The notes below the pieces were generated by a model. That model saw only the letters and a program-made list of their open reading frames with translations, was not told where the DNA came from and did no database searches. Both the position numbers and the translations under genes were made by a program. A DNA stretch of 64,000 nucleotides from Octopus sinensis (lineage: Eukaryota): positions 54,374,001 to 54,438,000 of the forward strand of contig NC_043006.1 in NCBI RefSeq assembly GCF_006345805.1, read 5' to 3'. This document shows, piece by piece, positions 12,903-25,425 of the stretch. Positions within the stretch are counted from its first letter, which is position 1. Each line of letters opens with the position of its first letter.

Positions 12903-14470
12903 TTCTTGTTTAAAGTAAGGCTGTGAGCTGGTAGAATCATTAGCATGCTGGGCGAAATGCTTAGCAGTAGTTCATCCATCTTTATATTCTGAATTCAAAT
13001 TCCACCAAGGTTGACGTTGCCTTTCATTCTTCCAGGGTCAATAAAAGAAGTACCAGTTGAGCATTGGGGTCAATGTAATTGACTTAACTACTCCTGGGAA
13101 AGAGTATAAAAACTCCACCCCTCTGCCAAGCCTTGTCGAGCCAGTGTGGCAGAATAGGCTCATCAAACCAATATGATCTCAAGCTTAAATATATGGCTTC
13201 CATATCAGGCGATGGTTGGTAGAGAGAACATCATGAGGCCTTTGTCCTGCTGTAGACTGAAAAGAAGCAATCCAATCCAAACTCCTTGTTTAAGGTAATC
13301 TACTGTACCTACCTAGCATACCTATTACAGGTAGGTGGATTTAACCAGCTGGAATCATGTACTTTTTCCCAATAGAAACTTAAACTAAAAAACTACTGTA
13401 TGCAAAGAGTACAAATTGTCATGGTAACCATGACAATTTTAGTTGCCAGAGCCAAAACACTGATTCTTTGGTCAGGTGGATAAAGTAATCAGTTTTACAA
13501 AATGAGAAGTCATAGATTTGTATCCAATCACTGGCATTGTACTATATCCTCCTACCTTATTCAGTATGTTTTGTTTTGTTATAGATGCTGTTTCATAGAT
13601 TTGGCAATGAGTTTGATGGCTTCCCAGCTGAACTGAAATTTTTTAGATAAGAATAAACCACCTTAGTCCAAAAATGATTAAGTTCCACAATGCCCTACCA
13701 CCACCACCAACACCTTAGCCATACTACAATGTATTGTTATTTTGTTGTTTTAGCTAGTTTTGTTTTTATAAGTATTTGTTTAAACCGATGTAAGGAGTTA
13801 AATTTTGACCCAAAGTAAAAAAAAAGGTAAGAGGATGAACATTAATCATTATTCAATGTCCTTTCTAAAAGTTTAGTGATATAGGTAAAGAACAGTACTA
13901 TCAGCCCCTTTATTTATTTAGGGTTTCCAAAAGAAAACTATCTAATCCACAAAAATAACAGTCTCTTCTATATCTCACCTGTCACAAATGATTGAACAAA
14001 CCTGATATAATGGTCACATTCTCTTCCATAACTCACCTGTCACAGGTGACAATCTTTTCCATAAAACAGTTGTTTATGGTGTATCAACTGACTCATCCAA
14101 ATGTGATAATGGATCTTTTCCACATTTCTTGCATTGACTGGCAGATAACCTGTGAACAGTTTAGGGACATTCTCTTATAGCAGTATTTACCTTGTTTCCA
14201 GGTGAAACTAAGGTTATTTTCTTCCACCTGTAAACATTTTTGTTGTCCTTTTTACAAGTTACTGTTCCTGTAAAACTGGTTCTGTAGTAGGCAGTGACAC
14301 ACAGTATCCATTCAGTCCTATCTTTCACAAACAATGCTGCTTGTAAGTGTCGATCCTAGCCCCTTATACTGTTTGTAACATAGATGCAGATAACACTTAG
14401 GGGACAAGTATTAGTTTCTATAGGTTGTGTGTACATGCGTGCATCCACAGATACATGTGCACACACACGC

Positions 14471-14526
<56 letters not shown>

Positions 14527-14539
14527 GATATATATTAAT

Positions 14540-15110
14540 AAACTACCAAATCAATTTCCCAATTTCAGGCTGTTCCATACAATCACATCTCTGTCTCTGT
14601 TGAACAATTTCTTCTTGGAAGCTACTGAAATTAACTGCCAGGATTGCAGTTAAATCCTCTTTGAAAGATCCTGTGCATTGGTGATTCCAAAATATCAAGA
14701 GCCTTTGCAGTTTTTCTTGCACTCTTGCAGGGGTTTCAGTTCATTCACTTCTTCACAGCTTCAACAGTTTGTTTGGTATGAATTGATCATTTCCTATTAA
14801 GAATTGGCTTACTAGCAGTGGTAGAAAACTCCTTATATCATTTCCAGGTATTGAACATTGATTTACAGCACATATTCAACTGTTTTGTTATGTCCTTGTT
14901 GCTCACTCCAGTTGTTTTCAAAGTGACGATCTCGTCATGTTTTGCTTTTGCTACCATGTTTGTTTGCAAACCTGTTATAGATGAATAAAAAATTAGACGC
15001 ATGAACAAATGACATATGCAAATCTTTATGTAAAATGTAGATAATATTACCAGAACCAATATTCTTTAGGAAGAATTTTAAACATGGGTAAATCTTTCTG
15101 GGACGCCCTG
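14540..15110 (-). mobile_element. Tc1/mariner-superfamily transposon 5' fragment (transposase DNA-binding region, pseudogenised)
   Basis: TA|CAGGGCGTCCC end at 15110. Broken peptide MVAKAKHDEIVTLKTTGVSNKDITKQLNMCCKSMFNTWK*YKE...SIHTKQTVEAVKK*MN*NPCKSARKTAKALDI fits the paired-like HTH of maT/Tc1 transposases. Confidence 0.8.
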
Positions 15111-16199
15111 TATATTATATTATCAAGCTGTAGAATAATTGGACTGGATATGGCTGGTTTAAATGCCAAAGGGTTAATAATAATGTTCTTTAGAATATTT
15201 AAGAATGCATTGAGTTACAAACACTCCCTTATTAATTTTGACATGAGATATACTGTAAAGCAGTGATTGGGCCTTTGCAAATCTGTAACCAATGGCATTC
15301 TTGCTCATAAATTACAGATATATGTTGACCCATTAAATGATCAGCGACATAATTTTTGAACCAGGAACTATGAAAAGCAGATAAATTAATCTTGGCAGAA
15401 TTTGAGGCCCAAAATTAAATGTTAGCTTAAAACTCATTAAGGCTTTTTATCTATGTAAACAAGCTTACCTCTCATCTTACCTCTTCAATGGCCAATAGGA
15501 AGTAATACACATACATTGATATATTTACCAAATGCTTCAGAATTATAGTTTTTATTGTTGCTGTACTTGTTGTTCTTTGAAATTGCAGCTAGCTGAATAT
15601 TCATTGTTAAGTAGAAGATATTTGAAGAGAATCACTGCTGTCTCTGTGGACAAGTAAATTCTAATTAGTTAAGAAAAATACAATAATGGTTACTACTCTT
15701 TCTTTCTCTCTCTTTTATATTTCTACTCTTTCAGAGGAATGCTAACATTGTTTCTAGATTATTCTAACTTATGCATTGATATTTCTTTGTGTTTGTGTGT
15801 GCTTTTTTTCATAAATATTTTTATTACATTGCAAGAAAAAAAAAAAAAGAAAGTTAAAATTAAACTTAAAAAATACAAGGCAGAAAACATCTGGCGCAAT
15901 TTCTTGAAAGTAAGGAGATAGACAGACAGACAGGCAGACGGACGGACAGATAGATAGAGAGACAGACAGACAGACAGACTAAAAAGAAAGAGACAGAGAG
16001 AGAACAAAGATGGTAAAATGAGACTATTTCTATAGTGGAACCTACTGCTGAGAATGCAATAGACTAAATGTTCAAAAACATCAGAAAGGACCATTTCATA
16101 AAAGCTGAGAATGGTACTGTTTTGGAATGGCAAAATGCCATATATGAAAATAAACGGCATTTCACTGTTGTGGCCTATATATATATATACATACACACA

Positions 16200-16243
<44 letters not shown>

Positions 16244-17179
16244 ACACACACATACACACACATATTACATGTGTGTGTGTGTGTGTAAATATATGTGTAC
16301 TTATTATATGTGCATATATACACAAACATGTGTGTGTTTCTGCTTTGCAAACAAAGAACAAGCATTTATTTTATTTTTTTACTAAGAGAAGTTAAACACC
16401 AAAATTGTTGCTGTTATCATTATAACATCTGTTAGTATGGGTTGTACAGGTCTGTAATACAGTAAATTCCCTTGTATCTTAATTTTGATCTAATTACTAT
16501 TTCAAACTTTTATTTTATTTTTCACTTATTTTAGTCATTGGACTGCAGCTATGCTGGGGCACCACATTAGAGAGATTTAGTCGAATGGATCAACCCCATT
16601 ACTTAATTTATTTAAGTCTGATATTTATTTTAACAGTCTCTTTTTTCCAAACTGCTAAGTTAATGGAGCATAAATCAACACTGGTTGTCAAGCAGGAGGA
16701 GGGGGACAGGAAACACAAGCACAAAGAGACACACACACACATATATGGGCTTCCACACAGTTTCTGTGTATCAAATTCACCCACAAGACATATGCTTGAT
16801 CTTGGGCTATATTGTAGAAGACATTTGCTCAAGGTTCTGTGCAGCGGAACTGAACCCAAACCCACATGGTTGCAAAGTGAACTGCTTAACCACACAGCCA
16901 TGCCTCTTCCTCTACAGTCTTCCAATAAACATGCTTTCTTTGTTCATATCTCATATACTCATCTCTCCTACAAACTGAATCCAAAGAAAACCACTTGAAT
17001 GATTGGCATAATGTCCCACCCAGACATACTCCAGCCACTGACTCACCAATGTATTTGTCTCCTCCTTCTGCCTGTTCTGTTACTCTAACAATGTTTGCTC
17101 TGCTCCTTGAAGCTACTTGAACTCAGGACTCTTGGTTCACTGATCTCTTCCTCTCTAATTATCCATGTTGTGTCTAAAC

Positions 17180-17342
17180 TAGGCATGGACAACCCTTTTT
17201 AAGAAGTTAGCTGCATAAGATATGACTCACCATCGGTTGGACTGCACTACTAAAAACATTCAAAGTAATTTTTCATTAGGTGTGCCATTCAGAAAGCCCT
17301 AAGGTGGCATACAGTTTGCAAACCACAGTTTGATCATGAATG
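17180..17342. mobile_element. hAT-type MITE
   Basis: Perfect 8-bp TSD gtctaaac (17172-17179, 17343-17350) and decayed TIR taggcatggacaac / gtttgatcatgaatg. Confidence 0.7.
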
Positions 17343-17350
17343 GTCTAAAC

Positions 17351-17653
17351 CAGGGGTTCCCAACCATTTCTTATCTATGGACCCCTTTTATTATCATCTT
17401 ATTCTGGTGGACTCCCATAGCCATTTGATGTTTAAAAGTGACTTTTATAGAAACTTCTTCCAAATTTCTATTTTGTTATTAATACATTAACTTGTACAGG
17501 TTGAACTATGTAAAGTGCTAGAGAAAGAAACCTATCTGTCTCTTGCAATTGAAATTTTTCTTGAACCCTTGAAATATTACTGTAGATCCCCAATTTACTA
17601 TTTTGCTAATGTGCACCCCCAGGGCTCATTTGGATTCTGGTTGAGAACCACTG
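17351..17653. mobile_element. Second hAT (Charlie/MER5-like) MITE
   Basis: TIRs caggggttcccaacc / ggttgagaaccactg. Confidence 0.75.
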
Positions 17654-18309
17654 GCTTTAAATTCCACAGGCCTGGTCCTACCCTATGTTCAGAATATTGT
17701 CCTGCTGGAATTCCCTGCCTGCATGTGCCTTTTTTGCAATTGTTAAACTTTCACCCATTTGAGTGGAACATTAAACCACATTGCTCTTACAGATATTGTT
17801 GAGCTTGTGAAGGTTATAAGTACTGCTCCTTCCTCTAGTCTGAAGTAATAAAAAGAGAAAATCAACCAATGTAACAGCCTCTATGTGGTTATTCAACTTG
17901 CTTGACATAGCAACCAAATCTATAAATCACAGACAACCTTCTTGAAAAAGAAAGGAAATATTGGATAATTTATTCCTGGATATGCAATGTCCAACAGAAA
18001 AACAACATGGTCATGGCTGGAATTCTTTTAATATTTAGTCCACTGAGGGCTGTCTTTGGAGCAAATAACTGATATATTGATTTCAAATTTTGGCACAAAG
18101 CCTGCAATTTTGGGGAATGGGCAAAATCGATTACATTAACTCTAGCACTCAACTGGTGCTTTTTTTATTGAACCCAAAAGGTTGAAAGGCAAAGTCAACC
18201 ATGGCAGAATTTGAACTCAGAACATGAGGAGGGGTGAAATACCATTAAGCATTTTGCCTAGTGTGCTAACAATTCTGCCAGCTTGCCACCTTAACAATGT
18301 TGTTGTTTG

Positions 18310-18637
18310 TTCCTTCTCGAGCCATGCTCGACATATAAAAGTGAAAGACACATACTTGGCTCATAAGGGCTGGTTTCCTGGTTTCATTGGCGTATAGGTT
18401 CCCCATCTGGATGGGACGCTGATCCGGCACAGGTGAACTGCTAAATGCAGGAGGAAAGGGTGAGAGAAAGTTGTGGCGAAAGAGTCTGCAAAAGTTTGTC
18501 ATTACCTTCTGCTGGAGCCGTGTGGAGCTTAGGTGTTTTGCTCATAAACACACACGTCGCCCAGTCTTAGATTCGAACCCACAATTCCTTGACCACAAGT
18601 CCGCTGCTCTAATCACTAGGCCACATGCTTCCACTCC
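18310..18637 (-). mobile_element. tRNA-derived SINE, family C variant
   Basis: Minus-strand tRNA-like head (tggcctagtgattagagc..ggttcgaatc). The tail is shared with 61256-61500. Confidence 0.75.
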
Positions 18638-19737
18638 ACCTTAACAATAACTGACATATAGAATTGAGACACAAGCTTGCTAAAAGTATGAATAGAATAA
18701 CTCTTTAAATCACACTTTACTGCATTTAAAAAAAAAAGCATTGGATACCATAATTTTTGATACACTATGCCTGAAAACAGGATGGGATAATCATGACTTG
18801 AATGTCTTTGAACATAGGTTTACTCAATCATACATATACACATACATAGCTGCCACCACCACCACCACCATCATCATGATTTTTAACATCCAATTTTCTA
18901 TGCTTGCATATGTAATTCAGAATTCAGTGATGCAGATTTTCTATGGCGAAACATGTTTTCATGGAATGCTAGAAATGGAGAACACCATTCGTATGATGAT
19001 GACGACATTTCTTTACAACTATTCTACAATGTGAAAACATGGAAGTATAAAGACACACATACACACACACACATGCGCATGACTGGCTTCTTTCAGTTTC
19101 TGCCTACTAAATTCACTCATAAGGCTTTGATTGGTCCAGGGCTTAGTGGGAGACACCAAAGTTGCCTTGCTGTAGGACTGAACCCAAAACCACACAGTTG
19201 GGAAGGAAACTTCTTAACCACACAGCCATGCCTGCACTTATGTCTTTGACACCTTGTTGTTCCATAACTCACTGACATTTTCTTTGGTTTGAACAATGTG
19301 CACCCAATCAAATAGCAATATAAAAAAAAATTAAATTTCAATAAACACCATTAATTAGCATGGAATTCCTGTAATTACATAACTTAATAATTTGAATTTA
19401 GAATGTAACAGCTGTAAATTAATGCCTTAGAAAAAAAATTAAAAAAATACATACACACATGTATTTGGTCATACTCCCTCAACTCTAAATTTTTACAGAA
19501 GTCCTGCAGACATAATCTGAGATGTGTCAAAACTAGAAACTTTAATTATTGGCCAAATTAAATACAGAAGTAAAGGAGTGAATGTAATGAATGCCATACA
19601 CTAATATTTCTTAATTGAAATTTCCCTCTTAATAAAAGATACAAATCAAAAAGATAGTTAGTGGCAGTTGTTAGAAACTCCCTAAGAAGGAGGGGAGATA
19701 ATTTCAAAATATGCATTTTTTTATCTGTTGGCTTATA

Positions 19738-19962
19738 TATTTCTTTACTGCCTACAAGGGGCTAAACATAGAGAGGACAAATAAGGATAGACAAAGGGAT
19801 TAAGCTGATTACATCGACCCCAGTGCGAAACTGGTACTTAATTTATTGACCCTGAAAGGATGAAAGGCAAAGTTGACCTCGGCGGAATTTGAACTCAGAA
19901 TGTAACGACAGATGAAATACTGCTAAACATTTTGCCTGGTGCGCTAATGTTTCTCGCCGCCT
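19738..19962 (-). mobile_element. Family B SINE, full length
   Basis: Reverse complement of the 2919-3140 and 42781-43010 copies. Confidence 0.88.
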
Positions 19963-20369
19963 TATATCTGTTAGCATATATCAGAATTGATCAGTGACCA
20001 AAATGTTTGCTGAAGCTGATGCCACTTAGAAAGTAGTAGTAATGGTGCTACATCAAAAGCATCCAGTATAATCTGTAAAGTTGTTGGCATTAGGAAGGCT
20101 ATACAGTTGTAGAAACTGAGCCAAAACAGACTATGGAACCTGGTGTGTCCCATGGCTTTGCCAGTTTCTGTCAAGCCATCCAACCCTTGCCAGCAGGAAA
20201 AACATGTTAAAGGATGATGATGATTATGAACATGGACTCTTGTTAGATTCATTGGTTTGGAGCTGCTTCTGACTGATGAGACATAATGATGTCAAGACAC
20301 CCCCTGTTCTTTACAACCAGATTCCTTTGTACTAATGAATTGAGTATATTTGTCATCATCGTCATCAGT

Positions 20370-21570
20370 TTAACATTCACTTTTTCATGCATGTATGGGT
20401 CAGATGGAGTTTATTGAGGCAGACTTTCTACAGCCAAATGCCCTTCCTATTGCAAACCCTCATCTGTTTCTAAGCAAGATAATATTTCTCCATAAACAGA
20501 CATGGTCTTGAAGAATATTAGAAATGAGTGACACTGCTTGACAACCATTTATATAGGCATAGGAGTGGCTGTGTGGTAAGTAGCTTGCTTACCAACCACA
20601 TGGTTCCGGATTCAGTCCCACTCCGTGGCACCTTGGGCATGTGTCTTCTACTATAGCCTCGGGCCGACCAAAGCCTTGTGAGTGGATTTAGTAGACGGAA
20701 ACTGAAAGAAGCCCATCGTATATATGTATATTACTCTTTTTACTCTTTTTACTTGTTTCAGTCATTTGACTGCGGCCATGCTGGAGCACTGCCTTTAGTC
20801 GAGCAAATCAACCCCGGGACTTATTCTTTGTCAGCCCAGTACTTATTCTATCGGTCTCTTTTGCCGAACCGCTAAGTTATGGGGACGTAAACACACCAGC
20901 ATCGGTTGTCAAGCAATGCTAGGGGAACAAACACAGACACACAAACATATTCACACACACTTATATATATATATACATATATACGACAGGCTTCTTTCAG
21001 TTTCCGTCTACCAAATCCACTCACAAGGCATTGGTCGGCCCGGGGCTATAGCAGAAGACACGTGCCCAAGATGCCACGCAGTGGGACTGAACCCGGAACC
21101 ATGTGGTTGGTTAGCAAGCTACTTACCAAACAGCCACTCCTGCGCCTATATATATGTTTGTGGGTCTGTGTTTGTCCCCCCACCAGCGTTTAACAACCGA
21201 TGCTGGTGTGTTTACATCCCCGTAACTTAGCGGTTCGGCAAAAGTGGCCGATAGAATAAGTACTAGGCTTACAAAGAATAGGTCCTGGGGTTGCCTTGCT
21301 CGACTAAAGGTGGTGCTCCAGCATGGCCACAGTCAAATGACTGAAACGAGTAAAAGAGTAATTATCACACAATGTCAGGACAAGGAGACAAATGCACATA
21401 CCCCCCCCCACACACACATATACAGTCATCAGGTTTTTCTCAGTTTTCATCAACCAAATTCACTTGCAAGTCTTTGGTTAACTCAGGATTACAGTAGAAG
21501 ACACTTGCTCTATTTGCCTCACAGTAAGACTGAACCCAGAACCATATGGTTGGGAAGCAAATAGCCGCAG
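20370..21570. mobile_element. Triple-nested SINEs: family E (-) contains family A (+, 20556-21360), which contains family A (-, 20731-21146)
   Basis: Each outer element resumes directly after the inner one. The inner copy sits in the central TA tract. Confidence 0.85.
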
Positions 21571-21651
21571 TGTTATGTTATGAACACATTCATTGTAAAG
21601 GAAAAGATGTTCCCCTGTGTCAAATATGACAGTGATTAGTTTATTCATATG

Positions 21652-21739
21652 CAAGTCATCACTTTGAATCACAAGTCATCACTTTGAATATATGTGCATA
21701 TAATCACAAGTCATCACTTTGAATATATGTGCATATAAT
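21652..21739. repeat. Perfect short tandem duplication (35-bp unit x2 plus an 18-bp partial unit)
   Basis: cacaagtcatcactttgaatatatgtgcatataat at 21670-21704 and 21705-21739; caagtcatcactttgaat at 21652-21669. Confidence 0.95.
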
Positions 21740-22131
21740 GATGAATCTGTAAATTGATCTTTCTAAATTAATTTGGAAGATTAATAGGAAAAAGATCTTG
21801 GATCTTTGTTTGCAGGCAGGGGATAATATGGATATATGTCTCTGTTAGAGTACAGTTTAAGCAGGCCTACATGGTCAGTTGACAAAGACGTAAGTATCAG
21901 AAGAAAAGTTACAAATAATATTTGGCTGGTATAATTACATAAATAAGAATAAATTGAGTGAAAGGCTATAACTGAAAATGAATACAGTTTATGGTTCTCT
22001 GGTATATAATTTCATTACAGAGAAAGTAAGTATGCAATTATTATAGCACTTGAAAAATCTTGCTCATACCACTCCCCATCAGATACCTTATTTATCATAC
22101 TCATTGTCATCATTACCATCAGCAACAGTAG

Positions 22132-22341
22132 CAGCTGTTCAAGAATTTGGACCTGGAGATCTCTATTTCCAGCGACTTCAAGGGCCACCACCCAGTGGTG
22201 TTGGGCGTCAACGAAGAGCCCTCGACTACAAGACGACCAAAGTTTTTTTTTTTCTTCCAAGGTCTGGGGTCTCCTGCTCCTAAGCCCTTGACCATCACCT
22301 AATCACCCTTACCTGTCTTGTTGCTTAACAACAACAACAAC
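22132..22341 (+). mobile_element. About 210-bp (CAA)n-tailed retroposon, uninterrupted copy
   Basis: Matches 442-895 (minus) without the CR1 insert; ends gttgcttaacaacaacaacaa. Confidence 0.8.
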
Positions 22342-23769
22342 AGCAGTAGCAGCAGCATCAAGTCTTGCTTTTTGGATGTTGATGGATGTTATATTGTCAA
22401 ACACTGTTTTATTGTTGTCATGGTCAATGCTGTGATTCCTCTGGAATATGTTCCTCAGTGTTAAATCATATTCTTATGTTCTAAGTGAACCTTTTCAAGT
22501 AGTTTAACATTTTATTTGCACCAATTTATACTTACCAATGTAACCTTTATTGCTACATCCACCATAGGTAATTTGGGCTGTTTTATTCTCTCTTCTTTTC
22601 ACATGAAACTCACTCTTGTAGTATACATTCTGATCAAGCCCAATTCAAGTTTTTGCCACAGTAGTATATTCCCTCTATGATTTATTTTTCAATGTATTAC
22701 ATCAAGGCTTAATCTAAGCTTCACAAATTCATTTTATTTCCTTAGATCATTCAACATTAAAACACTCTTCCTATGTGTGTTTATCCTCAACCAGATTCTT
22801 TCTTTTCCTTTAACAACAGTAAGGTAAATTGTAAATGGCTATCTTGGTCTTCTAAATATCCTTTTCAAGTCGTTGCACACCAGATATCTTTGTGGTTTTG
22901 CTGGTGGTGGTGGTGGTGGTGGTAGCAGGGCTTCTATTTGTAATACAAATAAATTGAAAAAGCAATGAAAGAGTAAAAATAGATAAAATTGTTATTTAAC
23001 TCTAAGGTATCCACACCTCTACTCCTCATCCATTGTAGATATAATGAAAGAACAGATGTGAGAGTTATTTTCAAATCCTTTGTGTATCTTGAATAATGTT
23101 CTAGTTTAGAGTAAAGAAAAAATATATAAATATGCAAAAAAAAGAAAAGAAAAAGTCTGAACATTCTCATCTTGGCTTTTATCTGTTCTATTTTCTGGTA
23201 TTTCTCAAGAATCCCTTCCTTATAAATGGTTTCTTTGTCTTGACATTTACTTTGGTGTTAATCCTGTTGTTGCTTGTAACCTTTGTGTTTTGACTAAGAA
23301 GGAGTTTTGTCTGCAGACTCATTAGCTGTCACTGAATAAATCTAAAGAAAAAAAACTTCTTTCTTTCTGTGTGGAAGGATAGCAGTGTCTTATATTAAAG
23401 AAAAGACAAAAACTGTTTTAAATTACGTCAAAGGTCACCTCTGTTGATAGATTACAAAATGACATTCTTGAAATGGGAGGTGGAAAAAAAAAAATGAATT
23501 TCCTGGATATTTAGAAAGCTGTAAGAAATTGCTGCTGCTTCTGCTATTGAAAGAATAAATTCAGCCATTATCTTATATAATCTAAAACAAAAAACTCCAG
23601 AAGCTGATCAATTTGAGACAATGAAATAATGAACATGGCTGTATGGTTAAGAAGTTCACTTTGCGACTGAGTTTTCAAGTTCAGTCTCACTACACAGCAC
23701 CTATTATAGCTCCGGGTTGACCAATGCCATATCAGTGAATATGATAGATGGAAACTGTGCAGAAACCTG

Positions 23770-23799
<30 letters not shown>

Positions 23800-23814
<15 letters not shown>

Positions 23815-24890
23815 TCAACTTGTATGTCTGTGTGTTTAACTTCCCAGCACATCTCCTCCTAGCCAACAAATCGTAGAACCACCAAAAATGGGTCACTTAA
23901 AGTTTAGGCGAATGAAAATTGAACTGCGCTATTTCTGTTCCGAAATTCATCTCGCAAGTGTAAAAATCGATAATGTGTTTGTTTAGGCCTTATCCCGTGC
24001 ATTGAATAGTGAACTTTACTCAGTCAGCTGTTTGACGTAAACTGTGTTCACCACGCGTGCAAGCATGCATGAAAAATAGAAAAATCAAGATATAAAAACG
24101 AATCGCCGTAAACATTGTAGAAATTCGGCAAAGAAATGAATTTTCAGGATGTAGCCTGGAGGGGTTTTTTTGTATTAATCATTTGGACTTTGTGAACACA
24201 TACCAATTATTTCCATAACATTTTTAACGCTTTGAATTAAATGTGACCATTTTGCGTTGAGTCTGCAGTTTGAATCACTTTAACCAAATTTTAGCAGGCC
24301 GGCTACATCGCCAGCGACTCCCTGTATCACGATACATCACCAGCCACTCCCTGAAACTCTCCCCTGAAATCCCCATTGAGAAATCTATATATATAAAACT
24401 CAATTTGTGTGTCTGTGTGTGTATCTGTGTGTGTGTCTGTGTGTTTAACTTTTGGATCTACCAAGTTTCATTATTAAGGATGGTGAGTAGTGTGTAGCAA
24501 ATCTATATATATAAAGCTGAAGTTGTCTGTGCGTGGCAGGTTTTGTAGCCTTCAACTAACACTATCTCCTTTGAGACCCTGCAGCGCAAGTTGACCAAAA
24601 TTGAGAGTAAGATAGAAGAAGGCTTGTTCTTCATTCTGTAGAAGATGAAATTCAAATCGGACCATGTTAACACCAAAAATTATTTACATCAAAAAGGTGC
24701 TTTTTTTCTATGAAAATCCCTAATTTTTACGATTTTTGACTGCTGTGTCACCATTTTTCGGTGTATTTCAACTGAAAAAATGTTCACTTGAAGAGAATAA
24801 CAAGTTGCATAATGCAAAATTTTTACTTTTCAAAAATTCCAATTCTAAAGGGTCGAAACAAACCCAAGCAACACTGGGTGATACTGCTAT
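23800..24890 (+). mobile_element. Tandem cluster of Helitron-like elements (three 5' ends, one 3' end)
   Basis: tatatataaaactcaa starts at about 23800 and 24384; a|tctatatatataaagctg start at 24502; one terminal hairpin plus ctat at 24862-24890. Confidence 0.75.
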
Positions 24891-24914
24891 TATATATATA
24901 TATATATATATTTC

Positions 24915-25318
24915 TTTATCATTTTCTCTTTTACTTGTTTCAGTCATTTGACTGTGGCCATGCTGGAGCACTGCCTTTAGTCGAGCAAATCGACCCCAGG
25001 ACTTATTCTTTGGAAGCCTAGTACTTATTCTATTGGTCTCTTTTGCCAGACCGCTAAGTTATGGGGACATTAAACACACCACTATCGGTTGTCAAGCAAT
25101 GTTGTTGGGACAAACACAGACACACAAACATATACACACACATACATATATATATACATACATACGATGGGCTTCTTTCAGTTTCCGTCTACCAAATCCA
25201 CTCACAAGGCTATAGTAGAAGACACTTGCCCAAGGTGCCACGCAGTGGGAATGAACATGGAACCAAGTGGCTGGTAAGCAAGCTGTGTGTTAAGCAACCA
25301 CACAGCCACTCCTGTGCC
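24915..25318 (-). mobile_element. Family A SINE
   Basis: Near full-length reverse-complement copy. Confidence 0.88.
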
Positions 25319-25425
25319 TATATATATATAAATAGTAATGGTATGACAATAAAAGAATGAATGAAACCTTGATATTATGTAAATAGAGGAATTTATGTGT
25401 AATATAATATGTGACAATTATTCAG

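Noticed and set aside
14100-14160. Minus-strand CKKCGK peptide suggesting a C2H2 zinc finger
   Set aside because: The HxxxH and TGEKP linker are missing and the frame is closed by stops.
15735-15909. Strong polypyrimidine tract plus AG and a downstream gtaagg
   Set aside because: It contains poly-A and low-complexity sequence and encodes no recognisable peptide.
21816-21889. Segment with a good acceptor (tttgtttgcag) and donor (gtaagt)
   Set aside because: It has stop codons in all three frames and no TRIT1 similarity. Such pairs arise by chance, and a poison exon cannot be supported without RNA data.
22400-23330. Degenerate coding-like minus-strand sequence (includes GGCSNKGYIG, GIY-YIG-like)
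   Set aside because: There are too many stops and frameshifts to assign a family by eye.
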